A DNA stretch of 51,232 nt, taken from contig JANYKK010000161.1 of the NCBI GenBank assembly GCA_025361585.1, forward strand, positions 1 through 51,232, read 5' to 3'. Shown in pieces: positions 19,850-30,316 of this stretch (position 1 is its first letter; every line of letters begins with the position of its first letter). The stretch comes from Methylobacter sp. (GTDB taxonomy: Bacteria > Pseudomonadota > Gammaproteobacteria > Methylococcales > Methylomonadaceae). The notes below the pieces were generated by a model that saw only the letters and a program-made list of their open reading frames with translations, ran no database searches and was not told the DNA's origin. A program made the translations under genes and the position numbers.

Positions 19850-21022
19850 ATGAAATATGAATTGATGGATATGAGTAACGAACATGCGGTCATCAAAGTA
19901 ATCGGTGTCGGCGGCGGCGGTGGCAATGCGGTTAGCCACATGGTTGGCAACTTGGTCGAGGGGGTTGAATTTATCTGTGCAAATACCGATGCGCAGGCAT
20001 TAAGAAAATTAAACATCGATACGATAATTCAGTTAGGCGTCGAGTTAACCAAGGGCTTGGGCGCGGGTACCAATCCTGAGATCGGCAGAATGGCGGCGGA
20101 CGAAAACAAGGAACGCATCAGGGAAGTTTTACAGGGGGCTGATATGGTGTTCCTGACTGCGGGTATGGGTGGCGGTACCGGTACCGGTGCGATTCCGGTG
20201 ATTGCCGAAATTGCCAGAGGCATGGGTATTTTAACGGTTGCAGTAGTGACCAAGCCGTTTTTATTTGAAGGTAAAAAGAAACAGGCAGCTGCGGAACAGG
20301 GCATAGTGGAGCTTGAACGGTTCGTAGACTCATTGATTGTCATTCCTAATCAAAAATTACTGCCGGTATTGGGCAGCGATGTGTCGCTGGTGAATGCATT
20401 TAAAGCGGCTAACGATGTGTTATTGGATGCGGTGCAGGGTATTACTGAGCTGATCGTTCATCCCGGCATGATTAACGTCGATTTTGCCGACGTCAGAACG
20501 GTGATGTCCGGCATGGGTGCGGCGATCATGGGCACAGGTGTGGCAAGCGGCCAAAATCGGGCGAGAGAAGCGGCTGAAAAAGCCATCGCCTGTCCATTGC
20601 TGGAAGATATTAATCTGCAGGGCGCACGTGGTATTTTGGTTAATATCTCTGCGGCTGACATGGGTATAGCTGAATTTGATGAAGTGGGTAATATAATTCA
20701 CGAATTTGCTTCAGAAGATGCGGTTATCAAAATCGGCATGTCGATTAACCCAGAGTTAGATGATGACATCAAGGTGACTGTCGTTGCGACAGGCATGGGT
20801 TTGCCGCATCGTGTAATTAAAATTCCTACTAAAGCATCGGTCGGATATAAAAGTCAAAATGTTGTAGCTAGTGAAGCCAGTTATGAAGGTTTGGATAAAC
20901 CTACAGTCATGCGTAAAAATAAAACTGAAACCAGAGAAACACGGTTTGGTGCTCAGCCGAAAAAAGACATAAACTTAGATTATCTGGATATTCCAGCTTT
21001 TCTAAGACGTCAAGCTGACTAG
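19850..21022 (+). CDS. ftsZ: Cell division protein FtsZ
   Basis: GVGGGGGNAV, GMGGGTGTGA, NVDFADV, C-terminal DIPAFLRRQAD. Confidence 0.99.
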   Translation: MKYELMDMSNEHAVIKVIGVGGGGGNAVSHMVGNLVEGVEFICANTDAQALRKLNIDTIIQLGVELTKGLGAGTNPEIGRMAADENKERIREVLQGADMVFLTAGMGGGTGTGAIPVIAEIARGMGILTVAVVTKPFLFEGKKKQAAAEQGIVELERFVDSLIVIPNQKLLPVLGSDVSLVNAFKAANDVLLDAVQGITELIVHPGMINVDFADVRTVMSGMGAAIMGTGVASGQNRAREAAEKAIACPLLEDINLQGARGILVNISAADMGIAEFDEVGNIIHEFASEDAVIKIGMSINPELDDDIKVTVVATGMGLPHRVIKIPTKASVGYKSQNVVASEASYEGLDKPTVMRKNKTETRETRFGAQPKKDINLDYLDIPAFLRRQAD

Positions 21023-21110
21023 TGAGTCTATGTGCAAAGGATTCAGTCTTCAGGTCTGATTGTGGTAAAATTTAAATTATTTGCCCTCTTTACTTAGCGT
21101 AATTTATTTT

Positions 21111-22034
21111 ATGATTAAACAGCGAACCTTAAAAAACACAATCAGGGCAACTGGTGTGGGACTACATACGGGCGATAAAGTTTATTTAACTTTACGCCCG
21201 GCTGAAGCGAATACCGGAATAAAATTTCGCAGAGTCGATCTGGATACACCGGTGATTATTGATGCAACCCCGGAAAATGTCGGCGAAACCATGCTGTCGA
21301 CAACGCTAGTTGCAGGCGATGTGAAAATATCAACCATAGAGCATTTGCTTTCGGCTTTTGCCGGATTAGGCATAGACAACGCCATTATCGATGTCAGTGC
21401 CGCAGAAGTTCCGATTATGGATGGCAGCGCCGGGCCTTTTGTGTTCTTGCTCCAGTCTGCAGGAGTCGAAGAACAGGACAGTCCTAAGCAATATATCCGA
21501 ATAAAGCGTAGCATCAAGGTTGAGGACGGCGACAAATGGGCGGCTTTTGAACCCTTTGAAGGTTTCAAGGTTACGTTTACGATTGATTTTGAGCACCCGG
21601 CTTTTGAAGACCATGTAAAAACCGCTACGATGGATTTTTCATCGACGACGTTTGTTAAGGAAGTGAGCCGTGCCAGGACGTTCGGCTTCATGAAAGATAT
21701 TGAAATGTTGCAGAAAAATAACCTGGCTTTGGGCGGGAGTCTGGATAATGCGATTGTGGTCGATGATGATAAAGTCATCAACGAAGACGGTCTGCGCTAT
21801 GCGGATGAGTTTGTTAAGCATAAAATTCTTGACGCGATAGGCGATTTATATCTGTTGGGGCATAGCTTGATAGGCGAGTTTACCGGGCATAAATCGGGTC
21901 ATGGATTAAACAACAAATTACTGCGTGCGTTATTAAAAGATAAGGACGCTTGGGAAATGGTCACCTTTGACGATGAAGAAAACGCCCCGATTTCCTTTAT
22001 GAGATCAGCCGAGTCGCTCAGGCCTGCTGCATAG
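21111..22034 (+). CDS. lpxC: UDP-3-O-acyl-GlcNAc deacetylase
   Basis: [33 protein letters not shown]; ATG at 21111. Confidence 0.98.
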   Translation: MIKQRTLKNTIRATGVGLHTGDKVYLTLRPAEANTGIKFRRVDLDTPVIIDATPENVGETMLSTTLVAGDVKISTIEHLLSAFAGLGIDNAIIDVSAAEVPIMDGSAGPFVFLLQSAGVEEQDSPKQYIRIKRSIKVEDGDKWAAFEPFEGFKVTFTIDFEHPAFEDHVKTATMDFSSTTFVKEVSRARTFGFMKDIEMLQKNNLALGGSLDNAIVVDDDKVINEDGLRYADEFVKHKILDAIGDLYLLGHSLIGEFTGHKSGHGLNNKLLRALLKDKDAWEMVTFDDEENAPISFMRSAESLRPAA

Positions 22035-22485
22035 AAGAACGTTTTGCCAGCGTTGCACTTAATCTTTGCAACGCCAGCTTCAATTGCTCATCAGAAACGG
22101 TGAGGCTATGATTATGGATAAATGCTATTTTTTCTGCCGAAGGGATGATCGGTGTCCGGCCAGGTAGAGATATTTTAGTCAACATCTCCATTCTAACTTT
22201 AATCTGCATGATCGAGATCGACTCACGGGTTACCGGAGCGATAGCGGCAAGTATCGCGCTGTTGTAAAAACGTAGTTGCGATGCCCAGGCCGCCGTATCG
22301 GTATAAATCAGCAATTTCTTGCCATTAATAACGCAGTGCAATGCATGCTCGGCTAGCGTGATCGGCAGCACGGCATGAATCCGTTGTAGAACCTGTTTTT
22401 GCTGCTCAATCTGGCTGTAAAAGTGAGCGATAGTGCGGTTAGGGAACGACAGGGCCGCTTTAAAGGGAGTTGTTTTTTTTGCCAT
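22018..22485 (-). CDS. DUF721 / DciA-like protein
   Basis: [17 protein letters not shown] motif and the conserved position convergent to lpxC. The 3' ends overlap by 17 bp. Confidence 0.8.
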   Translation of the reverse strand: MAKKTTPFKAALSFPNRTIAHFYSQIEQQKQVLQRIHAVLPITLAEHALHCVINGKKLLIYTDTAAWASQLRFYNSAILAAIAPVTRESISIMQIKVRMEMLTKISLPGRTPIIPSAEKIAFIHNHSLTVSDEQLKLALQRLSATLAKRSSMQQA

Positions 22486-22649
22486 CAGTGTTTGTCTGTC
22501 AGTTCGCGTCGAAAAGTCTTACCGGTTATTGGTTTATCTGACATAGTGGGATATAGTTGAGTTCTGTAAGGGAATAAATCGCGTTATTGTAATAATTCGC
22601 CAGTATCATAATCCACAAACATCCATAAAGATAAAGCCAGGGAGATAAA

Positions 22650-24479
22650 GTGAGACAGTTTATTCATGGTATCGCAGAAAACAATCATTACCAGGCAACG
22701 CATTTGTTGCAAATTCTAAGGCAAATCCAATCCCGTTATCATTATATCCCGGAAGCGGCAATAGAACAGCTGTCCGGGTTGTTAAGCATTCCCCGGACGC
22801 AAATCATCAGCGTCATTGAATTTTACAGTTTCTTTCATCTGACTCCCAGAGGGCGATATGAGCTGTTGATCAGCGATTCGATTACCGATCATATGTTGGG
22901 CAAGAAAGACCTGCTCGATTATCTGGCAAAAAAACTGGCTGTCGCCGTGGGCGCGGTCAGGGAAGATGGCTTAGTCAGTCTGGAAAATACCTCATGTACC
23001 GGCATGTGCGACCAGGGCCCTGCCGGTTTGGTTAATGGCTATGCTTTGACTCGTTTGGATCGTTCATCAATCGATAAAATTGTGGAGCTGGTTAATCAGC
23101 AAAAACCCCTAGACGAGTGGCCTAAGGAGTTGTTTCTGGTCAATGACAACATCTACAAATCAGGCTTATTGCTGGATCGTCAGATGGAGCAAGGCGCGGC
23201 GCTAAAATCTGCTTTTAAGCGGGGCGTCAAGGCAACGCTGGCCGAAGTTGATAAGTCGGGTTTGCGAGGCCGGGGCGGTGCCGGATTTAAAACGGCGACA
23301 AAATGGCAATTTTGTTCTGAAGAGCAACAGTCTGTGCGCTACGTGGTGTGCAATGCCGATGAAGGCGAGCCCGGCACGTTTAAGGACAGGGTACTGCTGA
23401 ATTCTTACGCAGACCAAGTTTTTGAAGGCATGACTGTATGTGCCGCTATTATCGGTGCTAAACAGGGCTTTTTGTATTTGCGCGGCGAGTATTTGCACCT
23501 TTACGACAAGCTGCAAAGCATTTTGAATCAGCGCCGTCAGAACGGTTTGCTGGGTACAAATATTTTGGATCAAGGCTTGGATTTCGATATTGAAATTTGC
23601 CTAGGCGCTGGCGCGTATATTTGCGGCGAAGAATCGGCGCTGATCGAATCGCTGGAAGGTAAAGCCGGGATTCCGCGCAACCGTCCGCCGTATCCCGTCA
23701 CCCAAGGCTATCTGGGCAAGCCGACTGTGGTTAATAATGTGGAAACGTTTCTGGCGGCGGCAAGCATTGCGGTCAATGGCGGCGACTGGTTTGCTGACAT
23801 CGGTACCGAAAAATCCAAAGGCACCAAAATACTCAGCATCAGCGGCGATTGCGCGCGTCCAGGCATCTACGAATATCCGTTCGGGACAACAATCCAGACC
23901 GTCCTTAACGATTGCGGAGCGGACGATGTGCTGGGAGTTCAGGTCGGCGGGCCGTCGGGAACCTTTATTTCCAATCAGGAGTTCGACCGCAAGCTGGCTT
24001 TTGAAGATTTGGCTACCGGCGGATCATTTATTATTTTCAACTCCAGTCGTAACATTCTCGACATGGTTCATAACTTCACGCATTTTTTCGCGCATGAAAG
24101 CTGCGGGTTTTGTACGCCGTGCCGGGTCGGCACCTCGTTGTTGCAAAAACAGATCGACAAGATAGTCGAAGGTCACGGTTCGGCAGGTGATGTGGTTGCG
24201 CTGGAAGAACTATGTCAACTGGTTAAAAACTACAGTCATTGCGGCTTGGGGCAAACGGCGGCGAACCCCATCATAACAACGCTGGAGCGCTACCCCGATT
24301 TGTACCAAAACCGGCTGAAAGAAATCAGTTATGAGCCGGGATTCGATTTGGATGGTGCATTGACAACAGCCAGACGCATGGCGAACCGGGACGATGCCGG
24401 AGCGCATTTGGCTCAGACGGACGCATTCGGTTCCCGACCGGTTGCGTCACTTCCGCCATCCCTGGCAGTCGGAGAATGA
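22650..24479 (+). CDS. hoxF: NAD-reducing hydrogenase diaphorase large subunit (NuoE-like plus NuoF-like)
   Basis: SGLRGRGGAGF, CNADEGEPGTFKDR, GAYICGEESAL, ESCGFCTPCRVG; GTG start. Confidence 0.93.
   Translation: MRQFIHGIAENNHYQATHLLQILRQIQSRYHYIPEAAIEQLSGLLSIPRTQIISVIEFYSFFHLTPRGRYELLISDSITDHMLGKKDLLDYLAKKLAVAVGAVREDGLVSLENTSCTGMCDQGPAGLVNGYALTRLDRSSIDKIVELVNQQKPLDEWPKELFLVNDNIYKSGLLLDRQMEQGAALKSAFKRGVKATLAEVDKSGLRGRGGAGFKTATKWQFCSEEQQSVRYVVCNADEGEPGTFKDRVLLNSYADQVFEGMTVCAAIIGAKQGFLYLRGEYLHLYDKLQSILNQRRQNGLLGTNILDQGLDFDIEICLGAGAYICGEESALIESLEGKAGIPRNRPPYPVTQGYLGKPTVVNNVETFLAAASIAVNGGDWFADIGTEKSKGTKILSISGDCARPGIYEYPFGTTIQTVLNDCGADDVLGVQVGGPSGTFISNQEFDRKLAFEDLATGGSFIIFNSSRNILDMVHNFTHFFAHESCGFCTPCRVGTSLLQKQIDKIVEGHGSAGDVVALEELCQLVKNYSHCGLGQTAANPIITTLERYPDLYQNRLKEISYEPGFDLDGALTTARRMANRDDAGAHLAQTDAFGSRPVASLPPSLAVGE
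24416..24471 (-). repeat. NGGA repeat (antisense) forming the HoxF C-terminal tail (DAFGSRPVASLPPSLAV)
   Basis: Reverse complement cgactgccAGGGAtggcggaagtgacgcaaccggtCGGGAaccgaatgcgtccgtc. Confidence 0.9.
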
Positions 24480-25201
24480 ACATGAGTAAAACAATTACCA
24501 TCGACGGCAAAGTCATCCCTTTCGAAGAAGGACAAACCATTATGGATGCAGCGATGGCGGCTGGCGTCTATATCCCGCATTTATGCCATCAGCCCGAATT
24601 TACCCCGCACGGCAGCTGCAAGCTATGTACGGTGAAAGTCAACGGGCGGAACTGTTCGGCCTGCACTTTTCCGGCTGCGGACGGTCAGGACGTCCTCAAC
24701 CATACCGAAGAGTTGATTGAAGACCGGAAAAAAATCACCCAGATGCTGTTCGTCGAAGGCAACCATTTTTGTCCATCATGCGAAAAAACCGGTAACTGCC
24801 AGTTGCAAGCCGTTGCCTACCACTTGAACATGCTCGACAATCATTTCCCGTTGTTCTACCCGGATCGGGAAGTGGATGCCTCTCATGATGAAGTGATGGT
24901 CGACCATAACCGCTGTATTTTTTGTACGCTGTGCGTCCGCGCCAGCCACGAAAAAGACGGTAAAGACGTATTTGCGATCAGCGGGCGCGGCATTCACAAG
25001 CATTTGATCGTTAATGCTGAAAGCGGCTTGTTGAAAGATACCGATGTGGCAGCGACGGATCAAGCGGCGCACATTTGTCCTACCGGCGCTATTCTGATTA
25101 AGCGCACTGGTTACCAAGTGCCGATTGGTCAGCGTATTTACGATCACCAACAAATCGATCAAGTGAGTTTAGCCACGGAGCATCCTAAACATGGCGAATA
25201 A
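24476..25201 (+). CDS. hoxU: NAD-reducing hydrogenase diaphorase small subunit
   Basis: IPHLC..GSCKLC (2Fe-2S), HFCPSC...C, CIFCTLC...CP. Confidence 0.92.
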   Translation: MNMSKTITIDGKVIPFEEGQTIMDAAMAAGVYIPHLCHQPEFTPHGSCKLCTVKVNGRNCSACTFPAADGQDVLNHTEELIEDRKKITQMLFVEGNHFCPSCEKTGNCQLQAVAYHLNMLDNHFPLFYPDREVDASHDEVMVDHNRCIFCTLCVRASHEKDGKDVFAISGRGIHKHLIVNAESGLLKDTDVAATDQAAHICPTGAILIKRTGYQVPIGQRIYDHQQIDQVSLATEHPKHGE

Positions 25202-25730
25202 AATTAGAGTAGCGACAACATCGCTGGCAGGCTGCTTCGGCTGTCATATGTCATTTTTGGATATAGACGAACGGATGCTGCAACTGGCTGAAGTCGTTGA
25301 GTTTGACCGCTCGCCGATTACCGATATAGAGCACTGCACCAATTGCGATATAGGCTTGATTGAAGGCGGTGTGTGCAATTCCGAAAACGTGCATGTGTTG
25401 AGGGAGTTTCGCAATAACTGCAAAATCCTGGTTGCGGTCGGCGCCTGCGCGATTAACGGCGGACTGCCCGCGATGCGCAATCATATCCCGCTTGAAGAAT
25501 GCCTGAACGAGGCTTACCTGGACGGCATCGGCGTGGAAAACCCGAAGATTCCCAGCGATATAGAATTGCCGCTGCTGCTGGATCAGGTGCATCCGATCCA
25601 CGAAATTGTCAAGATCGATTATTACCTGCCCGGCTGTCCGCCTTCAGCGGACGTGTTTTGGAAATTCCTGACCGATTTGATCGAAGGGCGCGAACCTTCA
25701 TTGCCTTATGAGTTGGTTCATTACGATTGA
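25191..25730 (+). CDS. hoxY: [NiFe]-hydrogenase small subunit
   Basis: GCFGCH, GACA, PGCPP (single 4Fe-4S cluster). Confidence 0.92.
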   Translation: MANKIRVATTSLAGCFGCHMSFLDIDERMLQLAEVVEFDRSPITDIEHCTNCDIGLIEGGVCNSENVHVLREFRNNCKILVAVGACAINGGLPAMRNHIPLEECLNEAYLDGIGVENPKIPSDIELPLLLDQVHPIHEIVKIDYYLPGCPPSADVFWKFLTDLIEGREPSLPYELVHYD

Positions 25731-25799
25731 GCGTTTCCGGCAAACACCTGAGCTGTGTTCCCATAAAGCCAGCAACTGATAACAAATACGAGAATCATC

Positions 25800-27299
25800 A
25801 TGTACGAACATTTAGAAACAGCCGAAAACCGGGACAGTTTAAAACGCGTAGTCGTCGACCCTGTCTCCCGCGTTGAAGGGCATGGCAAAGTCACGTTATT
25901 GCTGGATGAGAACAATAAAGTCCAGCAAGCACGATTGCATATCGTCGAGTTCCGAGGCTTCGAGCGATTCATTCAAGGCAGGCCGTATTGGGAATTGCCG
26001 GTCTTGGTGCAGCGCTTATGCGGCATCTGTCCGGTCAGTCATCATTTGGCCGCGGCCAAAGCTATCGACCAACTGGTCGGCATCGATCCTGAAAACTTGC
26101 CCGTTTCGGCCGACAAGTTACGCCGCCTGCTGCATTTCGGCCAAGTGCTGCAATCCCATGCCCTGCATTTTTTTCATTTATCCAGCCCGGATTTACTGTT
26201 CGGCTTTGAAAGCGACATCAGCAAGCGTTCGGTGATTGCGGTGTTGGGTGAATATCCCGACATCGGCGTACAGGGCGTTAAGCTGCGCAAATACGGCCAG
26301 GAAGTCATTCGCATGGTGTCCGGCAAACGTGTTCACGGCACCGGCGCGATTGCGGGCGGCATGAATAAATCGTTGAGCAAAGCCGAGCGCGACTATTTGC
26401 TGCAAGACATCGACCAGATGATAGCCTGGGCGGCAGGATCGGTTGCACTGATCAAAAAAGTGCATTGCACCAACCTGCCTTATTACGACGAGTTTGCCAC
26501 CCTGCGCACCAATTACCTCAGCCTGATCAAACCCGACGGCGCATTGGAGCTTTATCACGGTGGCATCCGCGCCAAGAATGAGCGCGGCGAAACCATCATG
26601 GATCAGGTCGATTATTGCAAATATAACGACTATATCCATGAAGAAGTCCGCTCATGGACCTACATGAAATTTCCTTACCTGTTGTCGTTGGGACAGGAAA
26701 ACGGTTGGTATCGGGTCGGGCCGTTGGCGCGGGTTAATAACTGCGACTACATCGACACACCGTTGGCGGAAGCCGCCCGCGTTGAATTTAAAGCGCACAG
26801 CGGTGAAGCGATGGTGCATAGCACCCTGGCCTATCATTGGACGCGACTGATTGAAGTTCTGCATTGCGCCGAAAGTATAAAAGAGTTACTCAACGACCCG
26901 GACATTATGGGCTCTGATCTGGTGGCGCAAGGCGAAAAGCGTTATGAAGGCATAGGTGTAATTGAAGCGCCGCGCGGCACCTTGTTCCACCACTATCAAG
27001 TCGATGAAAACGACATCGTCACCAAAGCCAATCTGATCGTTTCGACCACCAGCAATAACATGGCGATGAACGAATCGGTGCGGCAAGTGGCGGCGGAATA
27101 CTTGTCCGGCCGGGAACTAACCGAGCCCTTATTGAATAACCTGGAAGTGGCGATACGCGCTTACGATCCTTGTTTGTCCTGCGCGACCCATGCAGTCGGA
27201 AAAATGCCGCTGCAACTTGAGTTGGTCGATGCTGAAGGCAAGCTGATCGATAAACTGGTCAAACACAGCGACGGGCAAATCGAGCGGGATAATGCCTAA
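25800..27299 (+). CDS. hoxH: [NiFe]-hydrogenase large subunit, group 3d
   Basis: RVEGHGK, L1 RLCGICPVSH, EAPRG, L2 DPCLSCATH plus a C-terminal extension. Confidence 0.95.
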   Translation: MYEHLETAENRDSLKRVVVDPVSRVEGHGKVTLLLDENNKVQQARLHIVEFRGFERFIQGRPYWELPVLVQRLCGICPVSHHLAAAKAIDQLVGIDPENLPVSADKLRRLLHFGQVLQSHALHFFHLSSPDLLFGFESDISKRSVIAVLGEYPDIGVQGVKLRKYGQEVIRMVSGKRVHGTGAIAGGMNKSLSKAERDYLLQDIDQMIAWAAGSVALIKKVHCTNLPYYDEFATLRTNYLSLIKPDGALELYHGGIRAKNERGETIMDQVDYCKYNDYIHEEVRSWTYMKFPYLLSLGQENGWYRVGPLARVNNCDYIDTPLAEAARVEFKAHSGEAMVHSTLAYHWTRLIEVLHCAESIKELLNDPDIMGSDLVAQGEKRYEGIGVIEAPRGTLFHHYQVDENDIVTKANLIVSTTSNNMAMNESVRQVAAEYLSGRELTEPLLNNLEVAIRAYDPCLSCATHAVGKMPLQLELVDAEGKLIDKLVKHSDGQIERDNA

Positions 27300-27774
27300 A
27301 CCGGTATTGCTGTTCGGTTACGGCAATCTCAGTCGCGGCGACGATGCGCTGGGGCCGTTGCTGCTCGAATATGCCGAAACGCATTGCGACTTGGATACGA
27401 TAGATGTATTGACCGATTTCCAGTTGCAAATTGAACATGCGCTGGATCTGGAAAATAGGCGCCTAGTCATGTTTGTTGATGCGTCCGTAGCCTGCGCCGA
27501 CCCGTTTAACTTTACCGTACTGAAACCCGTTCGGGACAAAAGCTACACGACTCACGCGATGAGTCCTGCGGCGGTTTTGGATGTCTATCGGTCGATAAAA
27601 AAACAAAAGCCGCCGCCGTGCTTTTTGCTGAGCATCAAAGCTGAGCAATTCGAACTGGGCGATGGTTTAAGCGTAAATGCAAAAGAAAATTTAGTGCATG
27701 CATGTGCATTTGCGGTGCGACTATTGGATAACCCCAATCTTGATTTCTGGTTGAAACAAGTAACTTATGCCTGA
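27292..27774 (+). CDS. hoxW: Hydrogenase maturation endopeptidase
   Basis: GYGNLSRGDDALG, FVDA, THAMSP. Confidence 0.9.
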   Translation: MPKPVLLFGYGNLSRGDDALGPLLLEYAETHCDLDTIDVLTDFQLQIEHALDLENRRLVMFVDASVACADPFNFTVLKPVRDKSYTTHAMSPAAVLDVYRSIKKQKPPPCFLLSIKAEQFELGDGLSVNAKENLVHACAFAVRLLDNPNLDFWLKQVTYA

Positions 27775-27809
27775 TAAGTTGCTCCGAAGAGTGCGGGGTT
27801 GAGGTGGTC

Positions 27810-28048
27810 ATGCATGATTAAAACCTTGCCCTGAGTCAGGACTTCTCCAGTGTCACCCAAGTGCCCCTGGAAATAGGCAAACTTTCCAGCGTGGAGCTGG
27901 ATGCGCTTCGGTTTCGATGTGGAGCGTTGCATTATTTCGCTCGGCAGGTCATCCTGAGATACAGATCATCCAGCTGTCATCAACCAAGGACGATAATTTT
28001 TCAGCTTGGACAGACTGGCTAGTCGGGCAGGTTAAGTTGGGAGCTTAA
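27810..28048 (+). pseudogene. Decayed hypA 5' fragment fused to a hypB 3' fragment
   Basis: SD gaggtgg, then MHD*NLALSQDFSSVTQVPLEIGKLSSVELDALRF (HypA-like). With frameshifts this continues as FDVERC / YFARQV / PEIQIIQLSSTKDDNFSAWTDWL (HypB C-terminus-like). Confidence 0.75.
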
Positions 28049-28061
28049 AGGATTGTACGGT

Positions 28062-29342
28062 TTAATTACAAACCCGCTTAACCGGAAAATAACAGCTAAA
28101 CTGGCTGCCCTTGCCCAATTCGCTGGCTATATTTAACTTGGCATCGTGCCGCATCAGCACATGCTTGACGATAGCCAGACCTAAACCGGTGCCGCCCACC
28201 TTTTTAATGCGCTTGACTTCTGATCGGTAGAATCGTTCGGTAACGCGGGGAATGTCTGCCGCTGCAATGCCTTCGCCCTGATCTTCAACATCCAGCACGA
28301 TGCTTTCGTCGGTTCGATGCCAGCGCACCTTTACTAAGGAATCATCCGGCGAATATTTAAGTGCATTGCCCAGCAAATTGGTGAAGGCGCTACGCAGTTC
28401 CTGCTCTTCGCCGGTGATATGCACATCGGTTTCCAGGCTCAATTCAATCCGGGCTGGGATGCCATCGTGCAAGGTCTGTGCTTCTTTGCAAATCTGGCTT
28501 AATAAAGCCGGGACGTTAACGCACTCGGTTTTTTTCTGCTGGGTTTCCAGGCGGGTCAGCAACAGCAAGTCATCGACCAGGTGCTGCATGCGCTCGGTTT
28601 GTCCATGCATTTGCTGGAACGAGGTGGTCAACAGCGGTGACTCGCCGTCATCCATGTCCTGCAAGGTCTCCAGATAGCCTTTCAAAACGGTCAGCGGCGT
28701 TCTGAGTTCATGCGAGACGTTAGCCACAAAATCCTTACGCATCCGTTCCATTTTTTTTAGCTGGGTCACATCCTGGGCTAATAACAGGCGTAAGCCTGCG
28801 CCATAAGTGATAATCCGCACGGCCAGCGTGATGCGATGGTTGATCGGCGAAGGCAAGATGACAGGCTCGCTGTAATTCCCTGATTTAAGGTAGCGGATGA
28901 ATTCAGGGAAACGAATCAGGTTGGGGATGCGCTGGCCTTTATCCGATTGTTGCAGACCGAAAACTTCCCTGGCGGCTTTGTTCGCCCACTCAATTTCATC
29001 ATTGGGGCCCAAAACGATAGCGGCATCCGGCAGCGCTTCGGTGGATTGGCGAAACTGGTCAACCATTTTACCCAGTTTCTTTTTACGCTTTTTCTCCGTC
29101 TTTTTGATGCGGTAAACATGATAGTAAATTTCTTCCCAAATACCGGAGGTCTTGGGGTATTTAGCGCCACCGCCAGTTCTGATCCATTTTTCAAAGCGGT
29201 TAATCTGGAACAGCTGGCGCATTAATATGCCCAGCGTCAACGCCAGCGCCAAGGGCATGAATAGCCCGGTCATGCCGCCCGCTATCGCCACTGCGACAAA
29301 CAGCAGCAATCCGGTGATGATTTCTTTTTGCCAGACCCCCAT
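28062..29342 (-). CDS. phoR: Phosphate regulon sensor histidine kinase
   Basis: PAS, FVANVSHELRTPLTV, NALKY, ERFYR, GTGLGLAIVKH; downstream of phoB. Confidence 0.95.
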   Translation of the reverse strand: MGVWQKEIITGLLLFVAVAIAGGMTGLFMPLALALTLGILMRQLFQINRFEKWIRTGGGAKYPKTSGIWEEIYYHVYRIKKTEKKRKKKLGKMVDQFRQSTEALPDAAIVLGPNDEIEWANKAAREVFGLQQSDKGQRIPNLIRFPEFIRYLKSGNYSEPVILPSPINHRITLAVRIITYGAGLRLLLAQDVTQLKKMERMRKDFVANVSHELRTPLTVLKGYLETLQDMDDGESPLLTTSFQQMHGQTERMQHLVDDLLLLTRLETQQKKTECVNVPALLSQICKEAQTLHDGIPARIELSLETDVHITGEEQELRSAFTNLLGNALKYSPDDSLVKVRWHRTDESIVLDVEDQGEGIAAADIPRVTERFYRSEVKRIKKVGGTGLGLAIVKHVLMRHDAKLNIASELGKGSQFSCYFPVKRVCN

Positions 29343-29349
29343 AGCGCTG

Positions 29350-30072
29350 TTACGAAGTCGTGGAGGTTGATGCAGTTGACGAGTCCGCTACGGAAAACCG
29401 GTAGCCGAAACCGCGCACGGTTTGGACTAGATCCTCCCGGCCGTGCTCGCCCAGAATTTTCCGCAGCCGCCGGATATGCACGTCAACGGTGCGCTCTTCG
29501 ATGTAGACGCTACGCCCCCAGACCTGATCCAGCAATTGGGTGCGATTGAATACCTTGTCGGGATGGGTCATAAAAAACTGCATCAAGCGGAACTCGGTCG
29601 GGCTCACGTCCAGTTGTTTATCGCCGATGCTGAGCCGGTGCTGCTCGGTATCTAAAATTAAGTCGCCCTGAGTGATTTGCGCCAGATCGTTGATTTTTCC
29701 GCTACGGCGCAAAACGGCACGGATACGTGCCACTAGCTCTTTGGGTGAAAAGGGCTTGGTCATATAATCGTCCGCGCCGATTTCCAGGCCTCTCACCTTG
29801 TCTTCTTCCTCACCCCGTGCGGTCAGTAAAATAATAGGCAGATCCCGGTACAACGGATCTTTTTTTAGGCGTCTGGCCCATTCGACGCCGCTGGTTCCCG
29901 GTAACATCCAGTCCAGCAAAATCAAGTCAGGCAAGGCCTCATCCAGGGCTTTTTGCGCATCTTGCGCATCCGCTGCGGCAATCGACCTAAAGCCGGCCTG
30001 CTCAAGTACCATCATCAACATTCCCCTGATGGCATCTTCATCTTCTACAACGAGAATAGTTAAACTAGGCAT
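29350..30072 (-). CDS. phoB: Phosphate regulon response regulator
   Basis: LLDWMLPG, LTARGEEEDKVRGL, ERTVDVHIRRLRK, QTVRGFGYRFS. ATG at 30072 preferred. Confidence 0.96.
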   Translation of the reverse strand: MPSLTILVVEDEDAIRGMLMMVLEQAGFRSIAAADAQDAQKALDEALPDLILLDWMLPGTSGVEWARRLKKDPLYRDLPIILLTARGEEEDKVRGLEIGADDYMTKPFSPKELVARIRAVLRRSGKINDLAQITQGDLILDTEQHRLSIGDKQLDVSPTEFRLMQFFMTHPDKVFNRTQLLDQVWGRSVYIEERTVDVHIRRLRKILGEHGREDLVQTVRGFGYRFSVADSSTASTSTTS

Positions 30073-30118
30073 AATTAAATTGAGATAAGGACAAATGGGG
30101 TATTTTAGCAAACAGCAT

Positions 30119-30136
30119 ATTACCCTTTTATGACAA
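30119..30136 (-). promoter_or_regulatory. Putative Pho box upstream of phoB
   Basis: Minus strand TTGTCAT-AAAA-GGGTAAT resembles the CTGTCAT-A(A/T)A(A/T)-CTGT(C/A)A(C/T) consensus, about 47 bp upstream of the start. Confidence 0.5.
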
Positions 30137-30316
30137 AAAAGATTTGCCTAATATACTGAGCTAAGCCAACAAATCCAATTTGCAAATAAGAACTCCAAAA
30201 AAATTCCAAAACCCAGCTATTACGGGTATCATTCGACCTACTTCCACCTACGTAACAATGCCTATTGCAGATTAGCGTAGCATAACCCGACAATCCGCTA
30301 CCGCAGAGCTTTCTTT

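Noticed and set aside
29350-29390. Ser/Thr-rich PhoB tail (DSSTASTSTTS) as a remnant of the NGGA repeat
   Set aside because: Only short patches (ggaggt, gcagttgacga) resemble the murD copy, which is too weak to call.
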